Of a DNA stretch of 64,000 nucleotides, positions 1 to 12,275 are shown one piece after another. A program made the translations under genes and the position numbers. Positions within the stretch are counted from its first letter, which is position 1. Each line of letters begins with the position of its first letter. The notes beneath the pieces are model-generated. The model was not told the origin of the DNA and made no database searches. It saw nothing but the letters and a program-made list of their open reading frames with translations. Source of the DNA: an uncultured Chloroflexia bacterium (GTDB lineage: Bacteria > Chloroflexota > Limnocylindria > Limnocylindrales > CSP1-4); NCBI GenBank assembly GCA_963697275.1, contig CAVONF010000005.1, forward strand, positions 138,134 through 202,133, written 5' to 3'.

Positions 1-75
1 CTGCATGGCGCGGGTGATCTGCTTGATGTTGCCTACCGATCCGATGCGACGTCGGATCTCGCGCTGGCTTGGCAC
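1..75 (-). CDS. atpG: F0F1 ATP synthase subunit gamma, N-terminal fragment (continues off the window)
   Basis: The reverse complement of 1-75 reads GTG-PSQREIRRRIGSVGNIKQITRAMQ, a typical AtpG N-terminus. AGGAGG lies at 89-94 (minus strand). The gene sits directly downstream of atpA. Confidence 0.85.
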   Translation of the reverse strand, partial: MPSQREIRRRIGSVGNIKQITRAMQ

Positions 76-96
76 GAGCGGGTGCCTTCCTCCTGA

Positions 97-1634
<1,538 letters not shown>

Positions 1635-1663
1635 GGAGTCGTCGTTCCTCTGGGCTGTGGCGT

Positions 1664-2215
1664 CAGGTGGCGATGGTGGCGAGCTCGGTCGCGCAGCCGC
1701 TCGAGGCGACCGCGGACGGAGCCGTCGATGAGTCGGTCGCCGAGGCGGACCTGGACGCCGCCGAGGAGCTCCGGGTCGAGCAGCGGCTGCAGCTCCACGC
1801 GCCTGCCGGTCATGCGTCGCGAGGCGCTGGCTGGAGGGCCTCGACTCAGCCGTGGCCTCGAGCGGCGCGGCCGTGGTGACGGTGGCCTCGACGATGCCCT
1901 CGCGCCGGCGGTGGAGGCGGCGGAACTCGCGGATGACGGCGGGCAGCAGCTCGAACCGGCCGCGCCGGACGAGCAGCGCCAGCAGGTTGCGCGGCGCGCC
2001 GCGTGACATCCTCGCCCAGGAGGCGCTCCAGCACCTCGATGCGCGACGCGGCGCGGGATGGCCGGGTTGGACAGCAGGCGCATCACCTCGGGCGCGGTGA
2101 GCCGCTCCTCGGCCACGGCGAGGGCGGCCAGCCAGGCTCCACGGAGCTCGTCGCGCTCGGCGATCTCGAAGGCCGCCTCCGCGTAGCGACGGGCCGTGCT
2201 GCGGATCAGCGCCAT
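1664..2215 (-). CDS. atpH: F0F1 ATP synthase subunit delta (frameshifted in this assembly)
   Basis: It starts [19 protein letters not shown] at 2215. Delta-like segments ([47 protein letters not shown]) lie in two frames. The end ELATIAT-stop at 1664 is reconstructed. It lies between atpF and atpA. Confidence 0.75.
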
Positions 2216-2242
2216 GGCGGCCCCCTGCGTGCCGGGTCGTCA

Positions 2243-2828
2243 TCAGTTGCGCTCGTCCCCGCGAGGGCGCCGAGGCCGAGACCTGGGCCAGGAACTCGTT
2301 CACGAGGCGCTTCTCGCGATCGGCGCTCATGGTCTCACCGACGACCTTGCCGGCGGCCATGCAGCGCCAGGTCGGCGACCTGGCCGCGGACGTCGGCGAG
2401 GGCGCGCTTGCGCTCGGCGTCGATGTCGGCCACGGCCTGCTCGCGCAGCCGCTCGATCTCCGCCTGGGTGTCCGCGACGCCCTTCTCGCGGGTCTCGTCG
2501 GAGAGCTTCTGTGCGCGCGCCACGATCTCGCTGGCCTCGCGGCGGGCCTCGGCCAGGACGGCCGCACGCTGGTCGGCGGCCGCCTCGCGGTCGCGCCGGG
2601 CGGCGTCGGCGTCCTTGAGGCCCTGCTCGATGCGCTCGCGACGGTCGGTCAGCCGCTCGCCTACCGGCACGAGCACCAGCTTGTAGGCGATGTAGAAGAA
2701 GACGATGAAGTTGGCGGCGGCGACGATGATCCAGAAGAGGTTGATCGTCAGCCCGCCGCCCTCACCGCTCTCCGCGGCGAGCCTGACGAGCTGGTCGGAC
2801 GCCCCCGTGCGAGGGCCAGGCTGAGCAC
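2243..2828 (-). CDS. atpF: F0F1 ATP synthase subunit b (frameshifted in this assembly)
   Basis: It has a TM segment [26 protein letters not shown] followed by a long charged coiled coil ([36 protein letters not shown]...). The GTG at 2828 and the TGATGA end near 2243 are inferred. One extra base is visible at about 2360 (catGgccgcc). Confidence 0.7.
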
Positions 2829-2831
2829 GGC

Positions 2832-3066
2832 CTACCCGAGCTGACCCGGCAGGAGGAAGACGATGAGCAGGCCGATGACGATGGCGAGCACGCCGAGGCC
2901 TTCGGCGAACGCGGCCAGGATGATGGCCAGGCCGCGGATCGATGCCGGCGGCGTCGGGGTTGCGGCCGATGGCGCTCGACGACATGCCGGCCAGGATGCC
3001 GATGCCGACGGCGGGGCCGATGATGGCGAGGGCAGCGAGTCCCGCGCCGAGAGCTACGTTGTCCAT
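2832..3066 (-). CDS. atpE: F0F1 ATP synthase subunit c (one frameshift near 2940)
   Basis: MDNVALGAGLAALAIIGPAVGIGILAGMSSSAIGRNPDAAG is followed, after a 1-nt frame change, by IRGLAIILAAFAEGLGVLAIVIGLLIVFLLPGQLG-stop. This is the typical two-helix hairpin c-subunit. Confidence 0.85.
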
Positions 3067-3176
3067 GGATGGTCTCCTGTGGTGCTGATCGTGGCCTCAT
3101 TCTGGGTGAGGCCGATATCCGATTGTCCGATCGTCGTGAGTCGTGTCGCTCGTCGCTATCGATCGAGCGTGTTGCG

Positions 3177-4142
3177 TCATGCGGCGCCTGCCATCGCCTC
3201 CTCTCCCTCGTGACCCTCCTCGTCGTGGTGGCTCTCGATGGCGGCCAGGATGAACATGAGCGTCAGCGTGCTGAAGATGAGCGCCTGGACGAAGGTCAGG
3301 ATGATCTCCAGGCCGTAGAGCGCGATCGGCGCCAGGATCCCGGCCGACAGGCCGATGACCACGCCCAGCGCGACCTCGCCGCCGAAGATGTTGCCGAAGA
3401 GTCGCATCGACAGCGTGACCGGCTTGATGAACTCGAGCAGGAGCTCCACGAGGCCCACGAACAGGGCGATGACCCCGGCGCCGATGCCGTTGCGGAACTC
3501 GCCGAAGGGGAAGAACTTGGAGAGGTAGCCACCGAGCCCCAGACGTCGGACGCCCTCGATGTGGAAGACCACGAAGGCCACCAGCGCCAGGCCGATGGTC
3601 ACGTTCAGGTCGCTCGTGGGGGCGCGCAGGCCCTCGATGAAGCCGATGGGCGGTACCAGGCCGCTCCAGTTGAAGGCGAGGATGAGCACGAAGAAGGCGG
3701 CGAAGAGCGGCAGGTAGCGCGCCGCCTGGGCGCCGCCCATGCTGTGGCCGAAGCCGCTGATGGACTCGTAGACCCACTCGACGAAGTTCTGGACGCGGCC
3801 CGGCACGGCCGCGCGCGCGGCGACTGGCGAGGATACCCAGCACGAGCACGAGGACGGTGAGTCAGGATCATCGTCAGCAGCGAGTCGGTGAGGCTCACCT
3901 GGGTGGAGATGAGATCGGTCGAGGGCGCGCCTCGCCGCCAGCGACCCAGACCTCGTGCGGGCGCGGGAAGTGCAGGGTGCCCTCGATGAAGCAGACCGGG
4001 GAGTGCACAGGCGCCCTCGGGGTCCGCCTCGTCGATAGGGCGGCACGATGAGGAACGCGGCGATGTTGACCACGATGAGCAGGCCGATCGAGGAGGCCCA
4101 GCGTTCGCAGCGACAGCCCACGCTGTCGACTCGACACGTCAC
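3177..4142 (-). CDS. atpB: F0F1 ATP synthase subunit a (several frameshifts in the N-terminal third; start uncertain, possibly 4209)
   Basis: The C-terminal 230 aa are in one frame: VPGRVQNFVEWVYESI...LSMRLFGNIFGGE...FVQALIFSTLTLMFI, which includes the conserved Arg-containing helix. N-terminal pieces (IEGTLHFPRPHEVWVAGGEA, SLTDSLLTMILT, LVLGILAS) are spread over three frames. Confidence 0.8.
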   Translation of the reverse strand: MTCRVDSVGCRCERWASSIGLLIVVNIAAFLIVPPYRRGGPRGRLCTPRSASSRAPCTSRARTRSGSLAARRALDRSHLHPGEPHRLAADDDPDSPSSCSCWVSSPVAARAAVPGRVQNFVEWVYESISGFGHSMGGAQAARYLPLFAAFFVLILAFNWSGLVPPIGFIEGLRAPTSDLNVTIGLALVAFVVFHIEGVRRLGLGGYLSKFFPFGEFRNGIGAGVIALFVGLVELLLEFIKPVTLSMRLFGNIFGGEVALGVVIGLSAGILAPIALYGLEIILTFVQALIFSTLTLMFILAAIESHHDEEGHEGEEAMAGAA

Positions 4143-4251
4143 CTCGATGTCGTCGCCGGCGCCGGTCGACCGAATCCTGCTGCTCGGCCGAGACGGGCTC
4201 GTTCGACACTCTCGCTCCCGGCTCGAGGACCCGCCGGGGCGGGCACGCTCG

Positions 4252-4476
4252 TCAGTCTTCCAATCGCTCCAGGAACCTGCTGATCAGTCGCCAGTCGGCC
4301 ACCGCGCCAAGCAAGGCTCCGACCAGGAACCCCAGGACCACGAAGAGCGGCCTGGTGCCCAGCTGCTCGTCAAGCCAGTGGCCTGCGAGCGCGCCGCCGA
4401 GGGTCGTGACGAGGAGGACGAGCCCGATCTCCGAGAAGAGGGCGAAGTACCCGAATGCTTTCCCGTAGCCGTCCAT
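4252..4476 (-). CDS. atpI: AtpZ/AtpI-family small membrane protein preceding the atp operon
   Basis: A 74-aa two-TM protein (MDGYGKAFGYFALFSEIGLVLLVTTLGGALAGHWLD...LFVVLGFLVGALLGAV) immediately upstream of atpB. The ORF could extend to 4524. Confidence 0.6.
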   Translation of the reverse strand: MDGYGKAFGYFALFSEIGLVLLVTTLGGALAGHWLDEQLGTRPLFVVLGFLVGALLGAVADWRLISRFLERLED

Positions 4477-4540
4477 CGGCTCCCAGCGCGAGCGGCGTGG
4501 AGTATAGCAGCGCACCGCGGCCACCGCCCGGGAGGCGCCA

Positions 4541-5785
4541 TCACGAGCCGTGGCCCGGTTCGGTGCGGCTGGATCGGGCCATCACCGGGTCGCTGCCGCC
4601 CCGCCGCTGCCGCCGCCGTCGGGCGGCCGATGGTCCTTCATCTGCGTCCGGATAGGAACTCGCCTCGAGGGCCTCATCGGCACCGGAGCGGAAGGTCACC
4701 AGCAACAGCAGCAGACCGGAGCCCACGACCACGGCCAGGAACGCATAGAGCGGGCCCGCACCACCCGCGAGCACGATGCTCAGCAGCGCCAGCAGGGCGC
4801 AGATGGCGTAGATCAGCAGCACGGCATCCTTGTGGGTGAGTCCCAGGTCCAGCAGGCGATGGTGGAAGTGGCCGCGATCGGGCGTGAAGGGCGACCGTCC
4901 GCTGAGCAGTCGTCGGGTGATGATCCAGAACGTGTCGATGATGGGCACGCCCAGCACGAGCAGCGCGACCGCGACCTTGGCCGTACCGAGGATGGACAGG
5001 ACCGCCAGCGCATAGCCCACGGCCATGACCCCGGTCGTGCCGATGAAGACGCGCGCGGGATGGAAGTTCCAGGGCAGGAAGCCGGCCAGTGCGCCAGCCA
5101 GTGCGGCGCACAGCAGGGCCACCATCGGCGTGTAGGATCCGACGCCACTGGTGAGCGAGATGACGCCCAGGGTCAGCGCCGCGATGAGTGCGACCCCGGT
5201 CGACAGACCGTCGAGGCCGTCGATGAAGTTGATGCTGTTGATCATGCCCACCACCCAGAGCCCCGTGATCAGGACCGCTCCGAGGCCGGCGAAGGTGACG
5301 GTGGGACTGGCCAGCAACCCGCCCAGGAAGTCGAGCGGGTTGGCTACGAAGGTGATGGTCACGCCAAGGATCACGGCGATGCCGGCCAGCAGCACCTGGA
5401 AGACGAACTGCCAGCGGGCGCGGATCTGCCAGCGATCGTCGATGAAGCCGAAGACGGCCGCCAACGCCGAACCGGCCAGCAGCGCCACGAGCTCGTCTCG
5501 CCGGATGACGTCACCACCCCAGACGTAGAGCTGCGGGAACGGGGCGGCCGGGAAGCGTGTCCCGACGAACAGCATGGCCACGATGCCCACGCCGATGAAG
5601 GCGATGACCACAGCCAGGCCGCCGGCGCGCGGGATGGGGCGGCTGTGCACGCGCCGGCCCGAATCGGGCTCGTCCATGGCTCCAGTGACAGCGGCGAATC
5701 GCATCGCCAGCGGCGTCAGCAGGAAGGACGCTGCCGCAGCGGCGACGAGCGCCAGCAGGATGACCGGCAGCTCCTCCAGCCTCAC
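4541..5785 (-). CDS. wecA: Glycosyltransferase family 4 (MraY/WecA-type undecaprenyl-phosphate GlcNAc-1-phosphate transferase)
   Basis: An intact 414-aa polytopic protein with MraY/WecA motifs (FGFIDDRW, NSINFIDGLDGL, FIGTTG). It occupies the rfe/wecA position between glyA/sua5 and the atp operon, as in actinobacteria. Its GTG start overlaps the glyA stop (GTGA). Confidence 0.8.
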   Translation of the reverse strand: MRLEELPVILLALVAAAAASFLLTPLAMRFAAVTGAMDEPDSGRRVHSRPIPRAGGLAVVIAFIGVGIVAMLFVGTRFPAAPFPQLYVWGGDVIRRDELVALLAGSALAAVFGFIDDRWQIRARWQFVFQVLLAGIAVILGVTITFVANPLDFLGGLLASPTVTFAGLGAVLITGLWVVGMINSINFIDGLDGLSTGVALIAALTLGVISLTSGVGSYTPMVALLCAALAGALAGFLPWNFHPARVFIGTTGVMAVGYALAVLSILGTAKVAVALLVLGVPIIDTFWIITRRLLSGRSPFTPDRGHFHHRLLDLGLTHKDAVLLIYAICALLALLSIVLAGGAGPLYAFLAVVVGSGLLLLLVTFRSGADEALEASSYPDADEGPSAARRRRQRRGGSDPVMARSSRTEPGHGS

Positions 5786-7066
5786 GCCTCAGACAGTCCG
5801 GGTACGGGGAAGCGTGCGCAGATCTCCTTCACCGCCGCCGACACTTCGGCCAGGGCCGCCCGATCGTCTCGCTCGCGCAAGGTGCGAGCGAGCAACTGGC
5901 CGACCAGGCGCATCTCAGCCCGGCCAAAGCCGCGCGTGGTGGTCGCAGGTGTCCCCACGCGGATGCCCGGAGGCGGTGTTGGGCGGCAGCGGATCGAATG
6001 GGATGGCGTTCTTGTTGACGGTGATGCCCGACCTCGTCGAGCAGCTGCTCGGCCTGGGCCCCGGTGACACCGAGGGGCGTGACATCGACGAGGATGAGGT
6101 GGTTGTCAGTGCCACCCGATACGAGCTTGGTGCCGTTCTCCCGCAGCGTCTCGTGCCAGCTCCGTGGCGTTCTCGACGGTGCGCTGCTGGTCCCGGCGAA
6201 AGGCATCGCCCTGCGCTTCGAGCAGGGCCACGGCCTTGGCCGCGATGACGTGCATCAGCGGACCACCCTGCGTGCCCGGGAAGACGGCGCGGTCGATGCG
6301 ACGACCCAGCCCGGCCCGTCCGAAGATGAGTCCACCGCGAGGTCCGCGCAGCGTCTTGTGGGTGGTCGTGGTCACGATGTCCGCGTGCGGGAACGGGCTG
6401 GGGTGCAGGCCAGCCGCCACCAGACCAGCGATGTGAGCCATGTCGACCAGCAGGAACGCGTCGACACCACGGGCGATACGCGCCATACGCTCGAAGTCGA
6501 TGATGCGTGGGTAGGCGCTGGCGCCGGCCACCAGCAGCCGCGGGCGCACCGCCTGCGCCTGGCGCTCCAGGGCGTCGTAGTCGATGCGGCTGTCGTACCT
6601 CCGAGACGCCATAGGCATGCACCTCGAAGAAGCGACCGCTGAAGTTGAGCGGGTGGCCGTGAGTCAGATGACCGCCATGCGCGAGGCTCATGCCCAGGAT
6701 GCGATCGCCATGAACGAGCACGGAGAGGTAGGCCGCGATGTTGGCCTGGGCCCCTGAATGCGGCTGCACGTTCACGAACTCGGCGCCGGGAAAGAGTGCC
6801 AGGGCCCGGTCCTCGGCGAGGCGCTCGGCAACGTCCACGAACTCGCAGCCACCGTAGTAGCGCTTGCCGGGCTGGCCCTCGGCGTACTTGTTGTTGAGCC
6901 ACGAGCCGTTGGCTTCGAGCACAGCCCGGGAAGCGTAGTTCTCGCTGGCGATGAGTTCGATCTTCCAGGTCTGGCGATCACGTTCGGCGACCATGGCCGC
7001 CCAGAGCTCGGGATCGACGACGGAGATAGGCTCTTCAGCCAGCTGCTGTTCCACGGTGAAGCTCAT
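5782..7066 (-). CDS. glyA: Serine hydroxymethyltransferase (at least 4 frame changes in this assembly)
   Basis: Conserved SHMT blocks are present: [37 protein letters not shown], the PLP-lysine block [24 protein letters not shown] and [13 protein letters not shown]. They are distributed over ORFs 5915..7066, 6106..6618 and 5829..6206. The end ...PVPGLSEA-stop is at 5782. Confidence 0.9.
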
Positions 7067-7119
7067 GCCTGCTCCGCTGCTGATTCCCTGCGCGACGGTC
7101 AGTGTACCCGCGCCACAGG

Positions 7120-7762
7120 TCAGCCCCCTGCGAGCGCAGCCTCGATCTGCCCGTGGCTGAGCGCGCCCTCACGAAGGACACTGACGGCGCCGTCCCGGTC
7201 CACGGCCACCACACTGGAGACGACACCACCGCGAACGGGGCCATCGTCGAGCACCACCGCGAGCGAGGCACCGATCGACTCGATCAGCTCCGCTGCGGTG
7301 CGCGCCTCGGGCTCGCCGGAGCGATTGGCGGAGGTCACCGCGATGGGACCCAGCCGACGCGCCAGCGCCCGGGGAACCACATGGTCGGGGAGGCGCACGG
7401 CGACTGTGTCACGGCCCCCGGTGAGCAGCTCCGGGAGCAGCTTGTGGCGCCGCGACGGCAACACCAGGGTGAGCGGCCCGGGCCAGAAGCGCTCGGCCAG
7501 CAGTCTGGCACGGTCGCCCAGCACCAGCAGATCGGCCACCTGCTCGAACCCGTCGATGAGCAGGGGGACGCCCTTGTCCTCAGGCCGCTGCTTGGCCGCG
7601 ATGAGTGCGTCCAGGGCCTCGGGGCGAGGCAGCACAGCCGACCCCATACACGGTCTCGGTAGGCAGGCCCACGATGTCGCCCGAGGCCAGTGCCGCTGCG
7701 GCAACGTCGATCGCGCCAAGATCCGCCGCCCGCAGCAGCACGGGACGACTGGCGTCAGCCAT
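7120..7762 (-). CDS. tsaC: L-threonylcarbamoyladenylate synthase, YrdC/Sua5 family (one frameshift near 7620)
   Basis: The N-terminus has GLPTETVYG (ORF 7580..7762). It continues with [10 protein letters not shown]...[10 protein letters not shown]...VAVRLPDH...[14 protein letters not shown] (ORF 7120..7719). It occupies the sua5 position next to prmC. Confidence 0.8.
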
Positions 7763-8691
7763 CAGGACGGCCCAACTGCGCCACCCTGGGGTTGCCGCCG
7801 AGGTCCGGGTGGATACGACAGCTCCACCCCGGCAGCAGCTCAGCGACCGCCTCGAGCATCAGCCCGGACTGGTCGGCGCCCATCTCCAGCAGCACGGTGC
7901 CGTGGCTGACCACGGCCGCCGTCAGCTGGGGCAGCAGGCGCCGGATGATGGCCAGGCCATCCGGGCCTCCGTCGAGCGCTGCGACCGGCTCGAAGCTGGC
8001 GGCCACCGGCAGGAGCGGCAACGACGCGGAGGGGATGTAGGGCAAGTTGGCCACCAGCAGGTCCACCGCTGGCGGTGAGGGCACGACGTCGGTGAGATCA
8101 CCCAGCGCGAAGGTGAACAGGTCCGCCAGGCCGTGGGACACGGCGTTGATGGTGGCCACGGCGATAGCGTCGGCGGAGTGATCGCTGACATGGATGCGCA
8201 CCGTGTCGCCGTAGCGGCGCCGGCGCAGCTCGATCCCGACGGCCACCGGGATCGCTCCGGAGCCGGTGCCCACATCCCAGACGAGGTACGGCCCACGGCC
8301 GCTCTCTCGGGGATGAGCGGTCAGGTCAGCACGGATGCGCTCGATGGCGAGCTCGACCAGCGTCTCGGTCTCGGGGCGTGGGATCGAGCACGCGTCGATC
8401 GACCCTGATGGCGACCCCGTAGAACTCCTTGAGTCCGCGGATGTAGGCCACTGGCTCACCCTTCGCTCGCCGCTCCAGGCAGGCGTCGTAGGCCTCCGCC
8501 TGGCCGGTGCTGAGGAGCACCTCGGGATGAGCGGCCAGCACGCTGCGATCGACGCCCAGGACGAACCCGAGCAGGACCTCAGCGTCCAGGCGGGCGGTCT
8601 CCGATGTGGACTCGTGCAGCCGCGCTGTGGCCTCGGTGAGGGCCTCGCGGACGCTGCGCGCTGGCCGTTCGGCGGTTGGCGGGCGCTCCAT
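7755..8691 (-). CDS. prmC: Peptide-chain-release-factor N5-glutamine methyltransferase (one frameshift near 8400)
   Basis: It contains EPVAYIRGLKEFYG, the SAM-binding block VWDVGTGSGAIPV and the substrate motif NLPYIP. It lies directly downstream of prfA. Confidence 0.85.
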
Positions 8692-8711
8692 GACAGCGGT
8701 GCGCGGTCTGC

Positions 8712-9802
<1,091 letters not shown>

Positions 9803-9806
<4 letters not shown>

Positions 9807-10850
9807 GCCTCCTCCGGGTCGCCCCCGGCAGCAACCCGCTCCTCCGCTGCCAGCCGGGCCTCCACGTCCCTGGCCAGCTCGGCGGCATCGGGGATAGGCT
9901 CGCGCACCGGGTCCCAGCTACCCTCGGGCGCCGTCTCCCCGTTAGCGGCCAGCGCCTCCTGCATGGAGCAGATAGCGACCTCGATCATGGGAGTCGTCAG
10001 GCTGCTTGGTGGTGATGGATTGCAGCCAGATGCCAGGCAGGAAGAGCCAGCGCCAGATGGAGTGGTCGCGGCGCTTGGCGCCCCATTTGAGGACCTCGTA
10101 GGAGACCGCTGCGATGACCGGGATGAGCAGGATCCGGCCGAGGATGGCGATCCACAGTTCGACACCGGCCAGGAAACTGAAGAGCAGGATGCTGACGAGG
10201 ATGAAGATGACCAGGAACTCGGTGCCGCAGCGGGGATGCGCCGTCGGGAAGCGCCGCACGTTCTGCACCGTCAGCGGCAACTCCGCCTCGAGGGTGTGGA
10301 TGGTCATGTGCTCCGCGCCGTGATACTGGAAGACCCGGCCGATCTCAGCCGAGCGACTGACCAGCAGCAGGTAGCCGACGAAGATGATGACCCTGATGGC
10401 GCCTTCGAGGAGGTGCACGACGAAGGCCTCCAGGCCTCCGCTGACATCGCCGAAGAACAACGAGACGCCGCCCTGGGCGACGAGGAGCGGCAGCAGCACG
10501 AAGAGGCCGACCGCCAGCCCGATGGTGAAGAGCATCGTCAGCGCCACGGCCTTGCCGCCGAAGGCGACACCCTCGCCGGCCGCCGCCAGCGAGCCTGAGC
10601 GCATCAGCCACTTGGTGCCGATGACGAGCGTTTCGTAGAGGACCACGACACCGCGGAAGAACGGGGCGCGGGCGAAACGGTTGCGATGGAGGATGCTGTC
10701 GAGCGGCTCCTGGCCCGCGAAGATCTGTCCGTCGGGCCCACGCACGGCGACGCCGATGGCGTTCCTGCCGCGCATGTACACGCCCTCCATGAGGGCCTGA
10801 CCACCGTAGGCGAAGCGTGGCATGTCAGCGCTGCGGGGAGTCTTCGCCAC
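9803..10850 (-). CDS. DUF1385 (YqhQ-like) membrane protein (one frameshift near 9990)
   Basis: YGGQALMEGVYMRG...FQYHGAEHMTIH...HPRCGTEF is typical of DUF1385. The C-terminus continues in ORF 9803..10165. The stop overlaps the prfA start (ATGA). It occupies the rpmE-DUF1385-prfA arrangement. Confidence 0.75.
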
Positions 10851-10895
10851 GATCCAGGGAGGTCATCCCCTGCCCTGCCGGCGAATGGCTCACGA

Positions 10896-11108
10896 TCAGA
10901 GCTTCGCCGAGCGCTCGAGGCGCTTCTGGAAGCGCTCCACCTGGCCGGCGGTGTCCACGATGGTCTGCTTGCCCGTGTAGAAGGGGTGGCAGTTGGAGCA
11001 GATGTCGACGCGGAGCGTCTCCTCCGTGCTGCCCACCGTGAACTCGATGCCGCAGGACGCGCAGCTGACGCGGGCCTGGTAGTACGTGGGGTGTGTGTCG
11101 GCTTTCAT
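10896..11108 (-). CDS. rpmE: 50S ribosomal protein L31
   Basis: A 70-aa protein, MKADTHPTYYQARVSCASCGIEFTVGSTEETLRVDICSNCHPFYTGKQ..., with the Zn-ribbon CxxC...CxxC form. Confidence 0.95.
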   Translation of the reverse strand: MKADTHPTYYQARVSCASCGIEFTVGSTEETLRVDICSNCHPFYTGKQTIVDTAGQVERFQKRLERSAKL

Positions 11109-11130
11109 CCCTGGGGTCCCTCGAGGCTGG

Positions 11131-11397
11131 TCAACTGGCTGCGGCTGCGGCCTCGACGCGGACGCGCTTCTTGTCGCGCCGCGCGTGCTCGAAGCGGACG
11201 CGACCAGTGACCGTAGCGAAGATGGTGTAGTCGCGACCGAGCCCGGCACCGGGGCCTGCCAGGAACGTCATGCCGCGCTGGCGCACGATGATGGAGCCGG
11301 CCGGCACGAGCTGACCGTCTCCGGCCTTGACGCCGAGGCGCTGACCGACGCTGTCACGTCCGTTCTTGGAGCTGGAGCCTGCTTTCTTGTGAGCCAT
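11131..11397 (-). CDS. rpmA: 50S ribosomal protein L27
   Basis: An 88-aa protein, [42 protein letters not shown]... It has no N-terminal pro-peptide. Confidence 0.95.
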   Translation of the reverse strand: MAHKKAGSSSKNGRDSVGQRLGVKAGDGQLVPAGSIIVRQRGMTFLAGPGAGLGRDYTIFATVTGRVRFEHARRDKKRVRVEAAAAAS

Positions 11398-11401
11398 CGG
11401 G

Positions 11402-12088
11402 TCACTCGTCCTTCCTGGTATCAGCGTCGGCGGATGCCTCGGCCGCACCGGCAGCCGCAGCATCAGCTGCGACGGCGTCCCCGGCCCCTGGGTCCGCGGC
11501 ATCATCGGTCTTGAGCTCGTCAGGGGGCGCGCCGGCTGTGGACTCGGCCGCCTCGGTCTCCGCCGTGGTGGCGCCGGCCACCGTGGCCCTGGACTTCGCT
11601 GTCGCGCCGGTCCTCTTGGCTGGGGCCGCAGTGCCGGGCGGCTGGCTCGCAGCGGCCAGCTTGGCTGCCAGTGCCTTGTCGGCGGCAGCCTTGTCGGCAG
11701 CGGCCTTCTCGGCGGCGGCAGCGGCCTCGGCCTTCTGTGACGCGCTGGACCTGGCGACCTCGGCGGCGCTCTTGCCGTCGAAGGCGATGTCAGAGATGCG
11801 CAGCGTGGTCAGTTCCGCCCGGAAGCCCTTCTTGACACGTCGGCGGGTCTTCTGCTTGTACTTGAAGACGACGATCTTGTCGCCCCGGTCCTGGCCGAGC
11901 ACCTGGGCGGTGACGGTCGCACCATCGACGAGCGGACGCCCGATCGCAGTGACCTCTTCGTCCGCGACGAGCAGGACCCGCCCGAGGGTGATGTCCTCAC
12001 CGGATCGGACATCAAGGCGATCGACCCGGATCTCCGAGCCGAGCTCGACGCGGTACTGCTTGCCGCCTGTTTCGATGACTGCGTACAT
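11402..12088 (-). CDS. rplU: 50S ribosomal protein L21 with a ~125-aa Ala/Asp/Lys-rich C-terminal extension
   Basis: [20 protein letters not shown]...[31 protein letters not shown] is a canonical L21. The same frame continues for about 125 aa of low-complexity sequence and stops 4 nt before rpmA. Confidence 0.9.
   Translation of the reverse strand: MYAVIETGGKQYRVELGSEIRVDRLDVRSGEDITLGRVLLVADEEVTAIGRPLVDGATVTAQVLGQDRGDKIVVFKYKQKTRRRVKKGFRAELTTLRISDIAFDGKSAAEVARSSASQKAEAAAAAEKAAADKAAADKALAAKLAAASQPPGTAAPAKRTGATAKSRATVAGATTAETEAAESTAGAPPDELKTDDAADPGAGDAVAADAAAAGAAEASADADTRKDE
11673..11717. repeat. Three tandem copies of a 15-nt unit inside the L21 tail (encodes AADKA-like pentapeptides)
   Basis: gccttgtcggcggca / gccttgtcggcagcg / gccttctcggcggcg are read directly from the sequence. 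Confidence 0.85.
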
Positions 12089-12275
12089 TGGGGTTCCTGT
12101 CCAGTGGTCGCTGCGTGCTGTGGTTGATCACGAGGCGCGGGGCATAGGCGTCGCAGGCGAAGACGGCGCGACGAGCACCCGGGCGCGAAGGGAGATGGTA
12201 GCTCGACTTGGCGAAGAGCGTCAATGCCGACCGCAGACCGTAGTCGCGGCCAAACCCGCGTCAGGCCCCTAACCG

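Noticed and set aside
2930-2950. A systematic error motif: three resolved indels (atpE near 2940, the antiporter near 12370, pgsA near 62080) lie next to GATCC, hinting at methylation-linked basecalling errors.
   Set aside because: Other resolved sites (atpF, tsaC, glyA) have no GATC. ATC-C is a very common codon junction here, and I cannot tell which base in each run is the extra one. Three cases are too few to support the idea.
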